This document shows, one piece after another, positions 60,501-64,000 of a stretch of DNA of 64,000 nt (position 1 is the first letter of the stretch; each line of letters starts with the position of its first letter). The position numbers were made by a program, and so were the translations under genes. This DNA is from Vitrella brassicaformis CCMP3155. Taxonomy: Eukaryota > Protista > Chromerida. A model generated the notes under the pieces. The model was not told the origin of the DNA. It was given only the letters and a program-made list of their open reading frames with translations, and searched no databases. Location of the stretch: assembly GCA_001179505.1 (NCBI GenBank), contig CDMY01000198.1, forward strand, positions 107,371-171,370, given 5' to 3'.

Positions 60501-61340
60501 ATCACGGACGCCTCCCCGTCTGCTGCTACCGGCCAGGCGACGGCCGTCGTGCCCACCGCCAGCAGCACCAAATCGACAGAGGGGCTGGAGATCTGGCTGG
60601 ATCTCATCAACGACACCACAAACCTCCCCGACGCCATACGCACAGCAGCCAGACAGCAGCAACAGCAACAGCAACAGGCCAACACCAGTAGCAGCGGCGC
60701 TGCAATCATTCTGGACCCCCAGGCGCCCACAGGCACCACCCACACCAGCAGCATCTTGCGAATGCTGCCCAGGAGCCGCACACAGCCGAGGGATAAGGAG
60801 AGGGAGAGGCCATCGCCACCATCCGGCGGCCAGGCAGCCGACAGGAGGCGGCGTCACAACACAGTGCGGCAGGTGTGCTGCATCGCGCGTGCCAAGGCGG
60901 CGGCGCTGCGGGTGATGGTCAGCCTGATGCTCTCCCCCTCCTGCCGCGAGCTGAGGCGCAACACCCTCCTGCTTCTCAAGAGCCACCGACACACCCTCCC
61001 GTCGCTCACAGGCTGCGTCGCACTCTCTGTCGGCGTGGGCGTCGGGGTGGGCAGCGGCAGCAGCAGCAGTCGGGATGGTGGCCGTCACAGTGGGTTCTAC
61101 ATGGACGTCCTGTGCAACGCCCTGCAGCTGCTGGTGGTGATCCTGCAGGAGGACTCGCGAGCGGTCACGTCGGCGAGGAAGGAGAGGGACTTCGTGGAGG
61201 CCCTGGGCAGCACCAGGGCCCGACTGCTGGAGGGGGATGTGGATGTGGCGCGTTGGTGTGAGGTGGTGTGGGAGATGGTGGGCGGGGGGGAGGAGAGAGA
61301 GAGGGAGGAGCAGGAAGCGCTGCAGGAGTGCACACACTGA
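51551..61340 (+). CDS. RTTN: Rotatin (RTTN/Ana3) homologue, large multi-exon HEAT/ARM-type protein
   Basis: LVYKLGHPSPSTRDAALCNLQQKLSDGLVTVADL..LLNRIAK..LDDAGAVPFL parallels RTTN [67 protein letters not shown] parallels IMQDFPAEIFLQRPKI (from memory). Internal exon boundaries are not fully resolved. Confidence 0.8.
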
Positions 61341-61830
61341 CCGATGGCTTGGTACTGTCGATAGAGAGAGAGGAGATAGCATAGCATAGCTAGGATGGCA
61401 GTTAACACAACAAACTGTCACCGAGTGTACAGGCATACAAATGGAATGGATGAGTTAGTTGGATGCATTGAGGTGATTGGTGTCTCTGTCTGTTCTGCCA
61501 TGTTCGATTCATCTGTCGGAAGATGGTGCCATTCTTGGGGGCGAGGCATCTTCTGCAGTCGCATCCCCGGCTTTAGAAGAACCCTCGCCCACAGGGATGA
61601 TCACCACGACCGACAGATGATCAACAAGAGCGCACAGCACCATAAGAGGGAGAGTAGAGACAAACGATGTGTGTGGATGTCTCAAACCGTGCACCGCACC
61701 AAGTCTCTGCTCAGAACAATGAACGGCCAAGAGTGCAGGGTTTGCGGGTCTAGGGTAAGCTTACCCTGCAGATCTCTGACTCCGAGTGATCCATCGCGAC
61801 GGCAGCGGGCGAGACGAACGAAGCAAGGAA

Positions 61831-62976
61831 ATGCATCTTTTCTGTTTGCCTTCATTATCTGGGCTGGCAGTGCTGCTGTTCCTCCTCTTGGCCCCTGATG
61901 GAGGCCGTGCTTTCTCCCCGCGGAGCCTGCGGATGTCAGCAAATCTAAGGGTGAGCCAGCCGCAAACACACACTCCAAGAGTGGCTGCATTGATTCATCA
62001 ACGTGGCTCGCAATCCCTCTGGTCGCCGCGCTGCGCTCGGGGGACAAGGCCAACACAATCGTCGTTTCTCCCTCGGTGAGAGAAACAAAGCACACAACCA
62101 GGGATGCCATGCCGTTGGCAAGGACACTCATGGACACTCATGTATGTCGTTTGATTGCAGGTGGCCAAAGCCAACTTCTGGTCCTTGGGAGAGGACCTCT
62201 CCGCCGCAGTGGCTGGAGGCGCCCCGTGGCTGCATTTCTCTGTCCAGGACGGCAGAATGGTGCCCAAGATCTCGTTCGGCTCGCCCGTCATCAAGAGCCT
62301 CCGCAAGCGGCTCCCCAACACGGTGTTTGACGTCAAGCTCGGCGTGATAGAGCCGGAGCACCGGGTGGCCGAGTTCATTGACGCCGGGGCGGACATCTTG
62401 TCTGTCCACCCTGAGGCGACTCTGCAGCTGCCCGCCGTGCTGAATGCGATTGAGGAGGCGGGATGCGCTCCGGTGCGTGTGCACACGGCATTGCATCGAT
62501 GGCCGCGCAACTTCCTTGCACACCTGCCTTGGTACCTGGTTGGTCTTCAGGGTGTGGTGGTAAACCCGGGAACACAGCTTTCCTCGATAGAACACGTGCT
62601 CGAGCATGTGGACGTCGTGGTCATCATGCTTGTCAACCCGGGATGGGGCGGGCCCAAGTAAACCCTGCGACACACACCGAAACACACGCGGCGCCGAGAG
62701 ACAAAGAGACAGAGAGAGCGGTCCTTCCCTTTCTTGTGTGCCACGTGCAGGTACATGAGGGGCGCCCTTGAGAAGATCCGCAGGCTGCGGCTGATGTGTG
62801 CGGAGCGGGGGGTGAGCCCATGGATAGAGGTCGATGGTGGCGTGAGCCCTAAGAATGCCGGGGAGCTGATTGCGGCTGGTGCGAATGCGCTTGTGGCGGG
62901 TGGCTCGGTGTTTTCGGCGGCCGACAAGCGGCAGGCGATTCAGGAGCTGATGCAGAGGCCGGGCGTGTGGGTGTGA
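61831..62976 (+). CDS. RPE: Plastid-targeted ribulose-phosphate 3-epimerase-like protein with an altered active site
   Basis: Signal peptide ending GRA-FSP. IVVSPS|VAKANF, AGAD..SVH.E, GVVVNPGT, M.VNPG.GG, WIEVDGGV and AGANALVAG are all present. HxDxMDG reads HFSVQDG and DVHLM reads DVKLG. Confidence 0.85.
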
Positions 62977-63708
62977 TGGCTCCATGACTTCGCGATTGAT
63001 CGGCTGGCTGTGTGGGCGTCTTGAGATGAGTTTTTCTGTCTGTGTTTTTCTGTGTTGGTTCGGTGTTGTCGAGTGATGTATGTGAGAGTTGAGAGTTTTC
63101 TACGTAGCGAGTGGTGTTCTGTGTGCGTTGTGTTTCATGAAGCTCGTTTCCTGACCGTGTGTGTGCATGTGGCTCGTCCGCCAGGTCCTCTGCTCACCGA
63201 CTGCACACACATCGTCGGAGGGTGTTGGCTCTGGTGGTGCGGTCGCGTGCTCTCATGCTCAGAGTGGGAAAGACCAAGGGAGTGGCGGACGGATGACGAC
63301 ATCTCAGTTGTGCATATACGAAAGCCGGAAGAATCAGTTCGTTCATGCATAGGCGTCCGTACTCGTCACAATCAACATAAACATTTTAATGCATTTCTCG
63401 TCTCATCGTTTCTGGCCAAGGCCACCGAGAGCACACAGTCACCACACGACCGTCGATCGCCATGGGTGAGTGTATACCTCCGGATGCGTCGGGCAGCAAC
63501 GCGACGAGACGGAGATCAAGCGTGAAGCAACACACGGGACAAAAACAATCAAGACGTCAGCACACTCTCGTCGACTGCACAGAGAGAAACCCACTTGAGC
63601 CAAAGAGAGAGAGGGAAACCCACACAATCACATCACTGGCGGGTCTTCTACACATACAGCCCGACCATGTGCCCCAGGTGGCTGGCTGGTGCTGTGGGCT
63701 GCTCTGCT

Positions 63709-64000
63709 TCACCAGCCCGGCGTCCCGAATAGCTGTGTCAGATACCATGTGCCATCGCTTGAGCACGCCACCCCGATGCCGCACACAATGAATGGCCCGA
63801 CGAGATTGCGACGGTGCCCCTCAGAATGGATCCACCCGTCCACTGCCGCCTTGGCCACCTGCACAAAGCAAATCCCCGCATCCACCCCTCCATCCATCCA
63901 CTCAGACGGCCGGTCCCTCCCTCCCGCCTCACCCACCTCATAGATGCCCTTGTTGTGCGCCACGTTCTCAGCTGACCGCGACGACCGATATGGGTAAGAC
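63709..64000 (-). CDS. 3' end of a CAP/SCP-domain protein (5' part outside the window)
   Basis: SAENVAHN|VAKAAVDGWIHSEGHRRNL....CGIGV.....YLTQLF, with an intron at 63859-63936. Confidence 0.9.
   Translation of the reverse strand, partial: SYPYRSSRSAENVAHNKGIYEVGEAGGRDRPSEWMDGGVDAGICFVQVAKAAVDGWIHSEGHRRNLVGPFIVCGIGVACSSDGTWYLTQLFGTPGW

Noticed and set aside
1-64000. CRISPR arrays, rRNA or tRNA genes, prokaryotic operons
   Set aside because: None seen. The sequence is eukaryotic and has no regularly spaced repeat-spacer array or cloverleaf that I could identify.

Overview
Intron-rich, GC-rich eukaryotic window. Short GT-AG introns full of CA/GT/CTGT microsatellites, plus the gene content, suggest a chromerid alveolate such as Vitrella (inference from style only). 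Recognisable genes: NudC, ERCC6/CSB, malectin, rotatin (RTTN), a plastid-targeted RPE-like protein and a CAP/SCP protein at the right edge. The rest is accessory. (i) 0-6.3 kb: a nest of divergent, partly broken protein-kinase paralogues carrying DLD in place of DFG. (ii) 6.3-10.1 kb: a 3'-truncated Penelope-like retroelement with N-terminal GIY-YIG, in which a ~437-codon ORF1 is separated from the in-frame endonuclease ORF by a single UGA followed 8 nt later by a hairpin. This is my best candidate for an undescribed system. (iii) 20.7-21.8 kb: a stand-alone NOT1 CAF1-binding (MIF4G)-like gene. (iv) 29.5-48.8 kb: a mosaic of direct and inverted duplications carrying F-box genes and two copies of a highly degenerate MLH1-like gene. 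The RPE-like protein has lost two of its four metal/catalytic ligands. All family calls are by-eye motif comparisons against remembered consensus sequences; no searches were run. Four N-runs of exactly 300 nt are placeholders, so reading frame across them is unverified.
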